Positions 18,969 to 27,482 of a stretch of 64,000 bases of DNA are shown piece after piece. The DNA comes from Dehalococcoidia bacterium (lineage in GTDB: Bacteria; Chloroflexota; Dehalococcoidia; Lucifugimonadales; JAAXIE01), in contig OZ240229.1 of the NCBI GenBank assembly GCA_965197805.1, positions 1,295,823-1,359,822 of the forward strand. Reading direction: 5' to 3'. The notes beneath the pieces were generated by a model. That model saw only the letters and a list, made by a program, of their open reading frames with translations, did not search any database and was not told the origin of the DNA. The position numbers and the translations under genes are program-made. Each line of letters opens with the position of its first letter. Positions within the stretch are counted from its first letter, which is position 1.

Positions 18969-20279
18969 TTGATGCTCGAAGTGGTCACGGCCCTAAGCCC
19001 CGACGATCCCGACGACGGTGACACTGGCCGCCAATCGCGGGGCCTTGCCATCGCAGCCATAGCTCAGATCAGCAAGAACAAGCTGGGATACAAAGTGCCG
19101 TCACAATCTGGCAACGGCACTTACGTCGTAAATGTCTCCGATGAAGACCCGTATTGTAGTTGTCCAGATTTCGAGAAGCGACTAGCTAGATGCAAACACG
19201 TCTATGCCGTGGAGTTCCTGATACAGCGTGAGGAACGGATAGACGGTACAGTCATGGACACTAGAGCTGTCCGCGTTACTTACGGACAAGACTGGCCCGC
19301 CTACAATGCCGCGCAGGCCCACGAGGCCGAGCACTTCGTGACACTACTGCGTGACCTTTGTGACGCGGTGGTGATACAGCCAACGCAGCAGGGCAAGGGC
19401 AGACCGCGCCTGCCCTTGGGTGACGTGGTACTCGGTATTGCTCTGAAGGTCTATTCCACGTTCCCGGGGCGCCGCGCGATGTCGAATATCCGTACTGCCA
19501 AGGCCAACGGGTTGATGGATCATGTGCCCTCGTTTACTAGCGTGGCCCGTTACATTGAGAACCCTGCCCTTACTCCGGTCCTAAAATCCCTGATTGAACA
19601 GAGTGCCCTACCGCTCTCATCAGTGGAAGTCGATTTTGCCGTGGACTCCAGTGCGTTTTCCACCACCACGTATCAGCGATGGTATGACCACAAATGGGGC
19701 AAGACGATTAAGGAGTCCCAATGGGTGAAGGCCCACCTTATTGCTGGGGTCAAGACCAACATCGTGACCTCCGCAGAGGCGACTGTCACCCAAGCCCACG
19801 ATAGTCAGTACTGGCCAGCATTCGTGGAGACCACGGCGCAAAACTTCAAACTAAACGAGGTTTCCGGGGACAAGGCCTACCTAAGTCGAAAGAACCTGTG
19901 GGTGGTGCAAGCGCTCGGCGGAACAGCCTACATCCCCTTCAAGACCAACTCCGTGGCCCACAACTCCAAGGCAGCGGGGGATCACCTTTGGCTCAGGATG
20001 TTCCACTACTACAATTACAACCGAGAGGAGTTTCTGCAGCACTACCATAAACGATCAAACGTTGAGGCTACGTTTCACATGATCAAGGCAAAGTTTGGCG
20101 CACGAGTACGGTCCAAGACTCCGACGGCCCAGGTCAATGAAGTGCTGACCAAGATTCTATGCCATAATATCTGCGTCTTGATTCAGTCGGTCTACGAACT
20201 GGGAATCACTCCGGTTTTCAGCCCACCAAAAATTTTTGGAACAGAAGGGCCAGCTGTTCCAAAAATGGCGTGGGAATAG
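18969..20279 (+). CDS. SWIM zinc-finger + DDE transposase, paralogue B
   Basis: 436-aa ORF (TTG at 18969, ATG at 18972). 'CSCPDFEKRLARCKHVYAV', 'FAVDSSAF', 'VSGDKAYL' and 'YHKRSNVEATFHMIKAKFG'. The 3' end runs into the right-end repeats. Confidence 0.8.
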   Translation: MMLEVVTALSPDDPDDGDTGRQSRGLAIAAIAQISKNKLGYKVPSQSGNGTYVVNVSDEDPYCSCPDFEKRLARCKHVYAVEFLIQREERIDGTVMDTRAVRVTYGQDWPAYNAAQAHEAEHFVTLLRDLCDAVVIQPTQQGKGRPRLPLGDVVLGIALKVYSTFPGRRAMSNIRTAKANGLMDHVPSFTSVARYIENPALTPVLKSLIEQSALPLSSVEVDFAVDSSAFSTTTYQRWYDHKWGKTIKESQWVKAHLIAGVKTNIVTSAEATVTQAHDSQYWPAFVETTAQNFKLNEVSGDKAYLSRKNLWVVQALGGTAYIPFKTNSVAHNSKAAGDHLWLRMFHYYNYNREEFLQHYHKRSNVEATFHMIKAKFGARVRSKTPTAQVNEVLTKILCHNICVLIQSVYELGITPVFSPPKIFGTEGPAVPKMAWE

Positions 20280-20298
20280 GATTATTGGAACAAAGCTA
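20232..20298. repeat. Right-end repeat array of the candidate transposon
   Basis: ATTTTTGGAACAG (20232-20244) and CTGTTCCAAAAAT (20254-20266) form a perfect 13-bp palindrome with a 9-nt loop. The terminal copy is GATTATTGGAACAAAGCTA (20280-20298). Confidence 0.7.
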
Positions 20299-20418
20299 GG
20301 GGAAGGTTGGGATGGGGGTGGAAGACATGAATTGCAAGCTACGCCCCGTGTACAAGGAGCCCACGCCTCACGTTAGCATCATCGAAATACAGGGAGTCTG
20401 TCGGGATAGAAGAGGCCG

Positions 20419-21108
20419 CTACTTGCTGGGCGCTTTGGGCAGGAAGGGGACTAGTTTGTCGGCCAAGGAGGCGAGGTTGCGGGTCTGGACCCATACGTGG
20501 CCGTCCCCCCTTAGCTTCATTACCAAGCCTTCTCCGCCAGCTATCAGGGAGCGGATACCGCCTACCTTGCCGATGGAGTATTCGACGTCGTCTGTAAATG
20601 CTACCAAGTGGCCGGTGTCCACCACCAACTCCCTGCCGGGTTGTACCTGGACCTGCTTGATGGCCCCGTAGGAATTGTAGAAGACGGTGCCGTTGCCCTC
20701 GGTAGCGAAGGCCCTGATGAAGAACAGGCTTTCGCCACTGAAGACGCCTTTGAAGCCTTGGAACTTGGAGTCGGTCTGCACATTGGCGGTGCAGGCGAGG
20801 AAAGAACCAGACTGAATGAAGATGTTCTTACCGGGCTGCAGATCGAAGGAGCCGATGTCGCCTGGCGAGCTGGGGGCTAGGCTGATGCGTCCGCCGCCTC
20901 CCTCGGCTGTGAAGGTGTTGACGAAGAAGGACTCGCCGCCCACCATCCTCTTTAGCCCGCCAAACAGGCCGCCTCCCCCACCGCCCGTGGCCATCTCTAT
21001 GCCTTCCTGCATGACCATCGCCCCAGGCTCCGCCTTGATGGCCTCGCCCGGATTCAGGTCTACGGTCAACATGGCGTAGCTGGGGTCGAACTCAACTGTG
21101 GTCTTCAC
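20419..21108 (-). CDS. AIM24/DUF124 (TIGR00266) family protein
   Basis: 229-aa ORF with 'LNPGEAIKAEPGAMVMQEG', a Gly-rich loop and 'GESFFVNTFTAEGGGG', the characteristic family pattern. Confidence 0.7.
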   Translation of the reverse strand: MKTTVEFDPSYAMLTVDLNPGEAIKAEPGAMVMQEGIEMATGGGGGGLFGGLKRMVGGESFFVNTFTAEGGGGRISLAPSSPGDIGSFDLQPGKNIFIQSGSFLACTANVQTDSKFQGFKGVFSGESLFFIRAFATEGNGTVFYNSYGAIKQVQVQPGRELVVDTGHLVAFTDDVEYSIGKVGGIRSLIAGGEGLVMKLRGDGHVWVQTRNLASLADKLVPFLPKAPSK

Positions 21109-21400
21109 GGCGTGTCCTCCTGCCTTACAGATGGCTTCTATTGCAGATGGCTCTTAATGAGCATAGCACTAAATCCGTTTGCTTGGTTACATAACCAACT
21201 TCTTGGTGCGGCAAGTTTCTGATCGCGGGACCGCTGGCGGATGCAGTGCTGGTAGACGTGCTCTTAAGACTGCTTGACTTGCGCCGACGAGAACGCCCAC
21301 TATTGAACCATACGCATCGCCGACGCCGGTCAGCGATCTCCGAGCAACCAAGGCGCCCGAACAACCAAGCCGCTCTAGCAACCGAGCCTGAGGAGCAGTC

Positions 21401-21817
21401 GTGGACATTCTGAAGAAGCCGCTGTCCGTGATTCTCGGCCTCTTGGTCGTGGTTGTGTTGGTCCACTTCGTGTTCAGCCCCTTCTACGAGGACTTGGTCG
21501 ATACTGTTCAGATATGGAACATAGTGAACTGGCTGATGGCGGTCGGCGTCATCGTTACGCTGATAGTGACCTGCATTCAGAAGAAAGGCGCAGGGGGCGA
21601 AGGCGGCGACACGAATACGTACATCTGCGTCAGCGTGGCTTTCTACGCTGCTGCCATATTGGCGGTTCTGTTCTTCTGGAACTGGTTCGATGACCTGACT
21701 GTTGAGGATGGGCAGAGTCAGACCCGCCGCAACTTCTGGGTGGTCATCGACACCCTGTTCATAGTGCTGGTAGGCGCGGTGAGCGCGCACCTCTGGAAGG
21801 GCACGTCGCGCACCTGA
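21401..21817 (+). CDS. Small integral membrane protein (about 4 TM), unknown function
   Basis: 138-aa ORF (GTG start) with four hydrophobic segments. The long antisense ORF 21125-22171 is judged spurious. Confidence 0.5.
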   Translation: MDILKKPLSVILGLLVVVVLVHFVFSPFYEDLVDTVQIWNIVNWLMAVGVIVTLIVTCIQKKGAGGEGGDTNTYICVSVAFYAAAILAVLFFWNWFDDLTVEDGQSQTRRNFWVVIDTLFIVLVGAVSAHLWKGTSRT

Positions 21818-21833
21818 TCGAGTCGCGCCGAGA

Positions 21834-22217
21834 GTGGTGGAGATGGCGACGTTTCGCAGAATAGTTCTAGCCCTAGCCGTGGTGCAGACCGTCTTCGCTG
21901 TCTTGCTGGCTCTGGCGGGGTCCTTCGCCGATGGCGGAACGGCTTTCGAACGGCTGGTGTTGGTCCTTCTCCATCCCCTCGCTGCCGCAGGCCTGTTAAC
22001 ACTGATGTTCTTGCCCCGGACCGCCACTGTGCTGGCCCTAGCCGTCGCCATCCTCTTGATAGCGACGGTAGCAGCCGACCTGTACCTAGTGTGGAGCATC
22101 TCCCAAGGCACGATAAAGGGCGACTGGGAAATCGCGGCGGTCTTGGCAGTAATACCGGCCATCGGTGCCATCTATGCTCTGCTGTTGGTCGTGGCGCGCC
22201 CGACGCCCGCCAGATAG
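21834..22217 (+). CDS. Small integral membrane protein (about 4 TM), unknown function
   Basis: 127-aa ORF starting 16 nt after the previous gene. Ala/Leu/Val-rich helices. Confidence 0.5.
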   Translation: MVEMATFRRIVLALAVVQTVFAVLLALAGSFADGGTAFERLVLVLLHPLAAAGLLTLMFLPRTATVLALAVAILLIATVAADLYLVWSISQGTIKGDWEIAAVLAVIPAIGAIYALLLVVARPTPAR

Positions 22218-22315
22218 GGGCGGGGCTAGGCTCCAACTCTCTCGCACAACGTGTCCGTGACCATGGTCATGAGCATGCTAGAATAGTGGTCACGCCATCA
22301 GACTGGAGAGGCGGC

Positions 22316-22594
22316 ATGTCTACGGACGGTAAGCCAGAGTCTACTCGAACCATGAAGGCCTCCGAATTCAAGGCCAAGTGCCTGAAGCTGATGGATGAGG
22401 TCGCCGACGGTGGCGGCGAGATAGTGATTACCAAGAACGGGAAGCCAGTGGCGAAGCTGGCGCCGTATCGGGAAAAGAAACATGCGCCCTTTAGTCGCGA
22501 CGGTGACATCGTTCAGATTCACGGTGACATTGTCTCGCCGATGCCGGCGGAGTGGTTCGGTGAACCCGAAGACACCCGGAAAGGCCTGTTTTGA
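22316..22594 (+). CDS. Phd/YefM-type type II antitoxin
   Basis: 'MKASEFKAKCLKLMDEVADGGGEIVITKNGKPVAKLAPY'. ATG at 22316 follows GGAGAG. The track ORF starts further upstream at 22091. Confidence 0.75.
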   Translation: MSTDGKPESTRTMKASEFKAKCLKLMDEVADGGGEIVITKNGKPVAKLAPYREKKHAPFSRDGDIVQIHGDIVSPMPAEWFGEPEDTRKGLF

Positions 22595-22989
22595 TTCTCC
22601 TAGATACCCACATCCTGCTGTGGCTGGAGCGAGCCGACATGAGAATGGGGCCACAGGCCCGCCGCGCCGTTGAGTGCGCGGTGCAAGAAGGCGACGCATC
22701 TGTTTCAGCCATTTCCTTCTGGGAAGTGGGTATGCGAATACAAAAGGGCCAGCTTGACTTGCTCATCGACCTAAGCGCTTGGCGACAGGGCCTATTGGAT
22801 CAGGGATTGCTCGAGCTTCCTGTCGACGGCAATATTGCCGTCCGCGCAGGTCTTCTTTCGGACCTCCACGGCGACCCCGCCGACCGCATCATCGTCGCTA
22901 CCGCATTGGGAGGGCACCAACTGATGACCGCGGACCAGCGCATCCTTGACTGGACGGGACAGATGGAGCGGCTGGACGCGCGGGAGTGA
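22591..22989 (+). CDS. vapC: PIN-domain toxin (VapC-like)
   Basis: 'MILLDTHILLW', 'FWEV' and 'DPADRIIVATA' supply the acidic PIN residues. The TTG start overlaps the antitoxin stop by 4 nt. Confidence 0.8.
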   Translation: MILLDTHILLWLERADMRMGPQARRAVECAVQEGDASVSAISFWEVGMRIQKGQLDLLIDLSAWRQGLLDQGLLELPVDGNIAVRAGLLSDLHGDPADRIIVATALGGHQLMTADQRILDWTGQMERLDARE

Positions 22990-23091
22990 GGCGTATATCT
23001 CCACGATTGGAGGGCCGGTCTCATAGACGCGTTCGGGTTGGCCGCCAGCGGAAGCCGCTAAGCCGTGGACGGGATGGTGGTGAAGAGCTCT

Positions 23092-23484
23092 TTACCCGTC
23101 TGGCCCATCCGGTCCATCCACATTTACCACCAACGGCCCGGTGCCCACGCGCACCACAAACGTCTCCGTCTCCCCCTCCGATGGGTTCGACTCGCGGTGC
23201 ACGATGCCCTTCCCCACATGAATCACGTCCCCCGGCCCAGCCATCAAGTCCTCATGTCCGCCACCGCCGTACTCCACCCGCTGCGCCCCGGTAGCGATGT
23301 ACACATAAGTGTCGTACTCGCCATGATGGTGCCACCCCGAGGTCACCCCCGCCTCCGTATGCACCACCCCCACCCACGCCCCATCGCGGTCGTAGGCGAG
23401 CTCACGGTGCATGCCTGGGGTTGCGGCCCTGTCGTCTGAAGTGCGCTCGTCCGCGCGGACGAGAGATACGGGTAGGTTCGTCAT
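23092..23484 (-). CDS. Cupin-domain protein
   Basis: 130-aa ORF with 'GWHHHGEYDTYVYIATG' and 'GDVIHVGKGIVHRESN', the two cupin motifs. Confidence 0.7.
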   Translation of the reverse strand: MTNLPVSLVRADERTSDDRAATPGMHRELAYDRDGAWVGVVHTEAGVTSGWHHHGEYDTYVYIATGAQRVEYGGGGHEDLMAGPGDVIHVGKGIVHRESNPSEGETETFVVRVGTGPLVVNVDGPDGPDG

Positions 23485-23585
23485 GGTGTTGGCTCTCTTC
23501 CTTCAGGGTGGTTTCTAAATGTAGTAACATGTCATTGTGTGGCGGCGCAACCAGGATGTGTCCCATCAGCCGGGCCACATGACTC

Positions 23586-25352
23586 TTGGTAAGCCCAGAC
23601 GAAAGGGGAGCGATGCCAGGTACGCCACAAGAACAGATACACGAAATCGCAATCAGGGACTATAGTGGCCGAGAGGAAGACGCCTTCCCTTACTGGGCTT
23701 TGTCTTGCATACTGGCCGATCAACAACCGGAACGCAATGACCTTCGCGACCATGTCGCAGTAGGGGATGGTGATCTGGGAATAGACGGTTACTGGATCGA
23801 TGAATTCAACAGACGGCTCATCTTGCTACAGGCGAAATACTCTGCGAGAACGAGGCGAGATGAGGCGACGGCGTTTCGGTCAGACATTGAGGCCTTGATA
23901 GACCCGGAATATGTCCATGCACATGCTAACGAAGTCATACGAGAGATATACCCCGAGCTTCTGGAAGCTCTCATCGATGATAGCTATACTATACAGGCAG
24001 TGCTGGCATGTGGCGGACAGGTAGCTCCAACTGCACGCTCGTATGCAAGGACCACAAGCTCACAAAATTGGCAATTCCAGATTGGCGACGACAACCACAC
24101 CAAAGAGATACAGCTTCAAATCTTGGACCTTACCGAGCTTAGCTCCCTTCGTGACGACCTTCTCAGAGACCTTATAGAACCCTACCTAGAATTGCCTGTA
24201 ACGATCGTGGACAACAACCCTAGCTTCCACTATATGGGCGGGGATTTCCCTGCTGTGCAGGCCACGGTCCCTGCCCGCATATTGATCGACGCTTACGACC
24301 AGTATCGCTCTGCTATATTCAGATACAATCCACGAGGACCCCTGGGGTCCAACAAAGTTAATAAGGAGATTCAGCACACTCTCGAGGACACTACTCTTAA
24401 GCGACATTTCCACCTTCTAAACAATGGTCTCACGTCGATGGCCAATGGTATAACCTACAATCAACGCAGTAGCGTCCTCGAGGTAACGGACTTCCAGATT
24501 GTTAATGGTTGTCAAACTGTGTTCACGCTCTACAGATTAAGAGACCATGTTACTGATGACGTGAAAGTCACAGTGAGAGTAGTTGAAGGGTTACACGGAC
24601 CTTGGGCAAACGAAATCTCTAAAGCAAGCAACTATCAAACTGCAGTCCGGCCTGAGCAACTAGCGTCGCTAGGAGCAGAACACGATGAAATACAGCATAA
24701 GTTCGACCGTTTGGTACCACCATGGTTTTACGAAAAACAAAAGGGGTATGTACAATTCCTAAATGCCGCCGGGAAACGATCACATCGACAGCGCTATGGA
24801 GGCCGCAATCTATCCGCATCTGAGGTTGGCCAATACGGCGTCGCATTCCTGGCACAGCCGGTGCTTGCTAAGTACGACCTGCAGCGACTCTTCGAACGGA
24901 AGGATAACGACGGAGAACGGCTATATCGCCTGATCTTTGTCGAGAGCAATGAGGCATCACAACTCGCTCTTCCCGTGATCGTCGGAAGACGAATAGAGCA
25001 AGCCGTCAAGCAGCGTCTCGCTGCCCTAAAGCCTGTGGATGACCAGGAACCCGAGAGGTTCTCAGAGCGCAATTGGTTGCCCTACGCTCGCATGCATATG
25101 ACAGCATTAATTGGTGAGCAGCTTAGACTGGCTAATGTACCGAAAGGCGAAATCCTGGACGCATCTGTCTGTAGTGAACGGTGGGCTTCCATTGATGATT
25201 GGTTCGATGGCTTATTTGCAAAGGCTCGCAGCGCGGTAGCGCTAATCATTGGAGTGGAGAAACGAGCAGATAAGCTCCACAACCTCAGGGAATTTTTCCG
25301 AAATACAGACCGCTACACCGAGATGGTCACCGAGACAAGGGATAATCCTTAG
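23586..25352 (+). CDS. AIPR (abortive infection phage resistance) family protein
   Basis: 588-aa ORF. The N-terminal nuclease-like region has 'GDGDLGIDGYWID...LILLQAKYS'. The C-terminal AIPR signature is 'FQIVNGCQTVFTL'. TTG at 23586, ATG at 23613. Confidence 0.8.
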   Translation: MVSPDERGAMPGTPQEQIHEIAIRDYSGREEDAFPYWALSCILADQQPERNDLRDHVAVGDGDLGIDGYWIDEFNRRLILLQAKYSARTRRDEATAFRSDIEALIDPEYVHAHANEVIREIYPELLEALIDDSYTIQAVLACGGQVAPTARSYARTTSSQNWQFQIGDDNHTKEIQLQILDLTELSSLRDDLLRDLIEPYLELPVTIVDNNPSFHYMGGDFPAVQATVPARILIDAYDQYRSAIFRYNPRGPLGSNKVNKEIQHTLEDTTLKRHFHLLNNGLTSMANGITYNQRSSVLEVTDFQIVNGCQTVFTLYRLRDHVTDDVKVTVRVVEGLHGPWANEISKASNYQTAVRPEQLASLGAEHDEIQHKFDRLVPPWFYEKQKGYVQFLNAAGKRSHRQRYGGRNLSASEVGQYGVAFLAQPVLAKYDLQRLFERKDNDGERLYRLIFVESNEASQLALPVIVGRRIEQAVKQRLAALKPVDDQEPERFSERNWLPYARMHMTALIGEQLRLANVPKGEILDASVCSERWASIDDWFDGLFAKARSAVALIIGVEKRADKLHNLREFFRNTDRYTEMVTETRDNP

Positions 25353-26307
25353 CCTTCGAATAGTTAGTCACGTCCTGTGGCGCTGACTGTAGGTTATCAA
25401 CACCGGGCGGGCTGTACTTACCATTTAAATACCTCGGTGTTGCTGTACGATCCGGAAGTGTGGATTTTACTTGTTTCTCGTTTATCGCTTTGTGAGCTAG
25501 CTGATGATATATCTCGTCAATCTCGATTCCAAGAAAACGCCGATTAGTTTCGATGCAGGACAATGCTGTGGTTCCAGATCCTATAAATGGATCAAGTACC
25601 ACGTCACCCTCCGCAGTGAACAGTTCGATAAACCACGATGACAGTTTCGTCGGAAACGTAGCGCTGTGGTTTCTGTTAGAGCACTGGGTTGCCATATAAA
25701 GGACATTAGTAGGGTAGGCTTTGTCTCTGCCGACCCAATTAGCTACTCTTCGGCCGAGACCGCTGTCGGCATTTGATTCATGTCTGGTCCGATCCACGTC
25801 GCTCAAACTGTCAAGTCGTTTGTTGGCCCACGACCCCATGGGGACCATCACGGCCTCTTGGTACATCTTGAATTGTTTATTCCTAGTAAAGTGAAGACAC
25901 CGCTCCCATGCGTCTCTGAAGCGGTTGGGCCATTTGCCTGGATATGAATTTTTCTTGTGCCAGATATATTCTTCTGTCCAAAGCCAGCCCTGCTCTCGCA
26001 TGGCTAGGATTAACTTCAAAACGTACGTATGCCTTTCGCCGTTAACAGCCCTCTCCTTAATATTGAGAACAAACGAACCTTGCGGCTTAAGGACCCGAAG
26101 GAGTTCTTCGGAAATAGGCATGAACCAATCGACGTAACCTTCTATCGGAATGCCATGATAAGGACCCTTGCGATTGTCGGCGTAGGGTGGTGAAGTGAAT
26201 ACTAGGTCGACTGAGTCGTTTGGTAGGTTAGGTAGAAGGTCACGACAGTCTCCCAAAAGGATCGTGTCTACTTCCAAAGGCCAACCTCCAAGTCGGCATA
26301 CTGACAT
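25327..26307 (-). CDS. Beta-class amino (N4-cytosine or N6-adenine) DNA methyltransferase
   Basis: 326-aa ORF. Motif IV 'DLVFTSPPYADN' precedes motif I 'VLDPFIGSGTTALSC', the beta-class order. The 3' end overlaps the AIPR 3' end by 26 nt. Confidence 0.85.
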   Translation of the reverse strand: MSVCRLGGWPLEVDTILLGDCRDLLPNLPNDSVDLVFTSPPYADNRKGPYHGIPIEGYVDWFMPISEELLRVLKPQGSFVLNIKERAVNGERHTYVLKLILAMREQGWLWTEEYIWHKKNSYPGKWPNRFRDAWERCLHFTRNKQFKMYQEAVMVPMGSWANKRLDSLSDVDRTRHESNADSGLGRRVANWVGRDKAYPTNVLYMATQCSNRNHSATFPTKLSSWFIELFTAEGDVVLDPFIGSGTTALSCIETNRRFLGIEIDEIYHQLAHKAINEKQVKSTLPDRTATPRYLNGKYSPPGVDNLQSAPQDVTNYSKAKDYPLSR

Positions 26308-26395
26308 CCCGAGTAATTTGCGGGTCGGTACGGCAGTCTAACAATGCCTCAGCGCAGCGTCAACGGCCCCACACACATGCTACACTCCCCGCACC

Positions 26396-26983
26396 ATGAC
26401 CCCTATCCTGCCCGCACTCGTTGCGATCGCGCTGGCGCTTGCCCTCGGCTGCGCTGAGCGGACGCTAGTCCCGATGTCTGAGGCTGGGCGGGCGCCTGCT
26501 GCCACCACTCTCACTTCCACCACGAGCCCTGCGACTTTCTCGCGGGACGTGTCGCCGCTGGTTGTGGGGGAGGCGGCGCCGGGGTTTGAGTTGCAGGCGT
26601 TGGATGGCGGGGAGGTGAGCCTGGAGGGGCTGAGGGGGAATGTGGTGGTACTCAACTTCTGGGCCTCGTGGTGCCAGCCGTGTCGACAGGAGATGCCCGA
26701 CTTCCAGCAGGCTTGGGAGGAGCATCGCGATCAAGGGGTGGTGTTCCTCGGTGTAGCTGTGGACGATACGGAGTTGGAGGCCAGCCGGTTTGCCCAGCAG
26801 GTCGGCGTCACCTACCCGTTGGCTTTGGACCAGACAGGAGACGTGGCGCGGGCGTACCGGATACAGGGCGTACCCAGCACCTACTTCATCGACCGGCAGG
26901 GCAACCTAGCCACCAGCCTGTCAGGCTTGGCCAACCAAGGCGCACTGCGGATTTTCCTGCGAGGACAGGTCGGAGACAGGTAG
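26396..26983 (+). CDS. TlpA/ResA-like thiol-disulfide oxidoreductase lipoprotein
   Basis: Signal peptide with lipobox 'LALGC' and thioredoxin motif 'WASWCQPCRQEMP'. Confidence 0.8.
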   Translation: MTPILPALVAIALALALGCAERTLVPMSEAGRAPAATTLTSTTSPATFSRDVSPLVVGEAAPGFELQALDGGEVSLEGLRGNVVVLNFWASWCQPCRQEMPDFQQAWEEHRDQGVVFLGVAVDDTELEASRFAQQVGVTYPLALDQTGDVARAYRIQGVPSTYFIDRQGNLATSLSGLANQGALRIFLRGQVGDR

Positions 26984-27482
26984 GCAAGGAGCAGTGAGCG
27001 CTCCATACTGCACTAGGGTCTTTCGACTATCCACACCCTTCCCACTCGAGCCCCGACGAACAGCCTGCCCATACCTGATGCGGGGCCTGACTGACAAGCA
27101 ACCCTTGCCCCAGTCACCTTGCCTGGGTATATCATGTACTCAAGGCCTTGGGGAAAGAGCCCTTGGCGAAAGAAGAAAGAAGGTGGTCCCTTTGCCCGCC
27201 CGGACGCCCCATGGGACACCGCGGCTACACTTTCTCAGCTACGACCCAAGCTGGTAGTGAGACAAATGGGACAACAATCAGATACGAAGAAAAGTTTCGC
27301 AGATACAAACAGTGTCTCATTCAGATACAAGAATGGGACACCCTGTCTCACTCTTCATAGCTGCACAACCTCAAAAAGTGGCACATCATGTCCCACCCCG
27401 CCAACAATCGAATGGCCTGCATACTAGGTGGAGTGTCACTAGCCTACCAAAACACGAAACGCGCCAAATAACGAGACGTGCC

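Larger units (their letters stand above)
3887..20298. mobile_element. Candidate 16.4-kb transposon carrying defence cargo and two SWIM-DDE transposase genes
   Basis: Terminal IRs: GCTTTGTTCCAAAAACC (3888-3904) versus the reverse complement of GGATTATTGGAACAAAGC (20279-20296). There are 12 consecutive matching nt at the tips. A perfect 9-bp direct repeat GGGGAAGGT lies at 3878-3886 and 20299-20307. The transposase genes abut the right end, and the flanks are housekeeping genes. Confidence 0.5.

Noticed and set aside
21125-22171. 348-aa minus-strand ORF
   Set aside because: It is antisense to two well-formed membrane-protein ORFs. It is Arg/Ala/Ser-rich with low complexity and no motifs, which is the typical shadow ORF of high-GC DNA.
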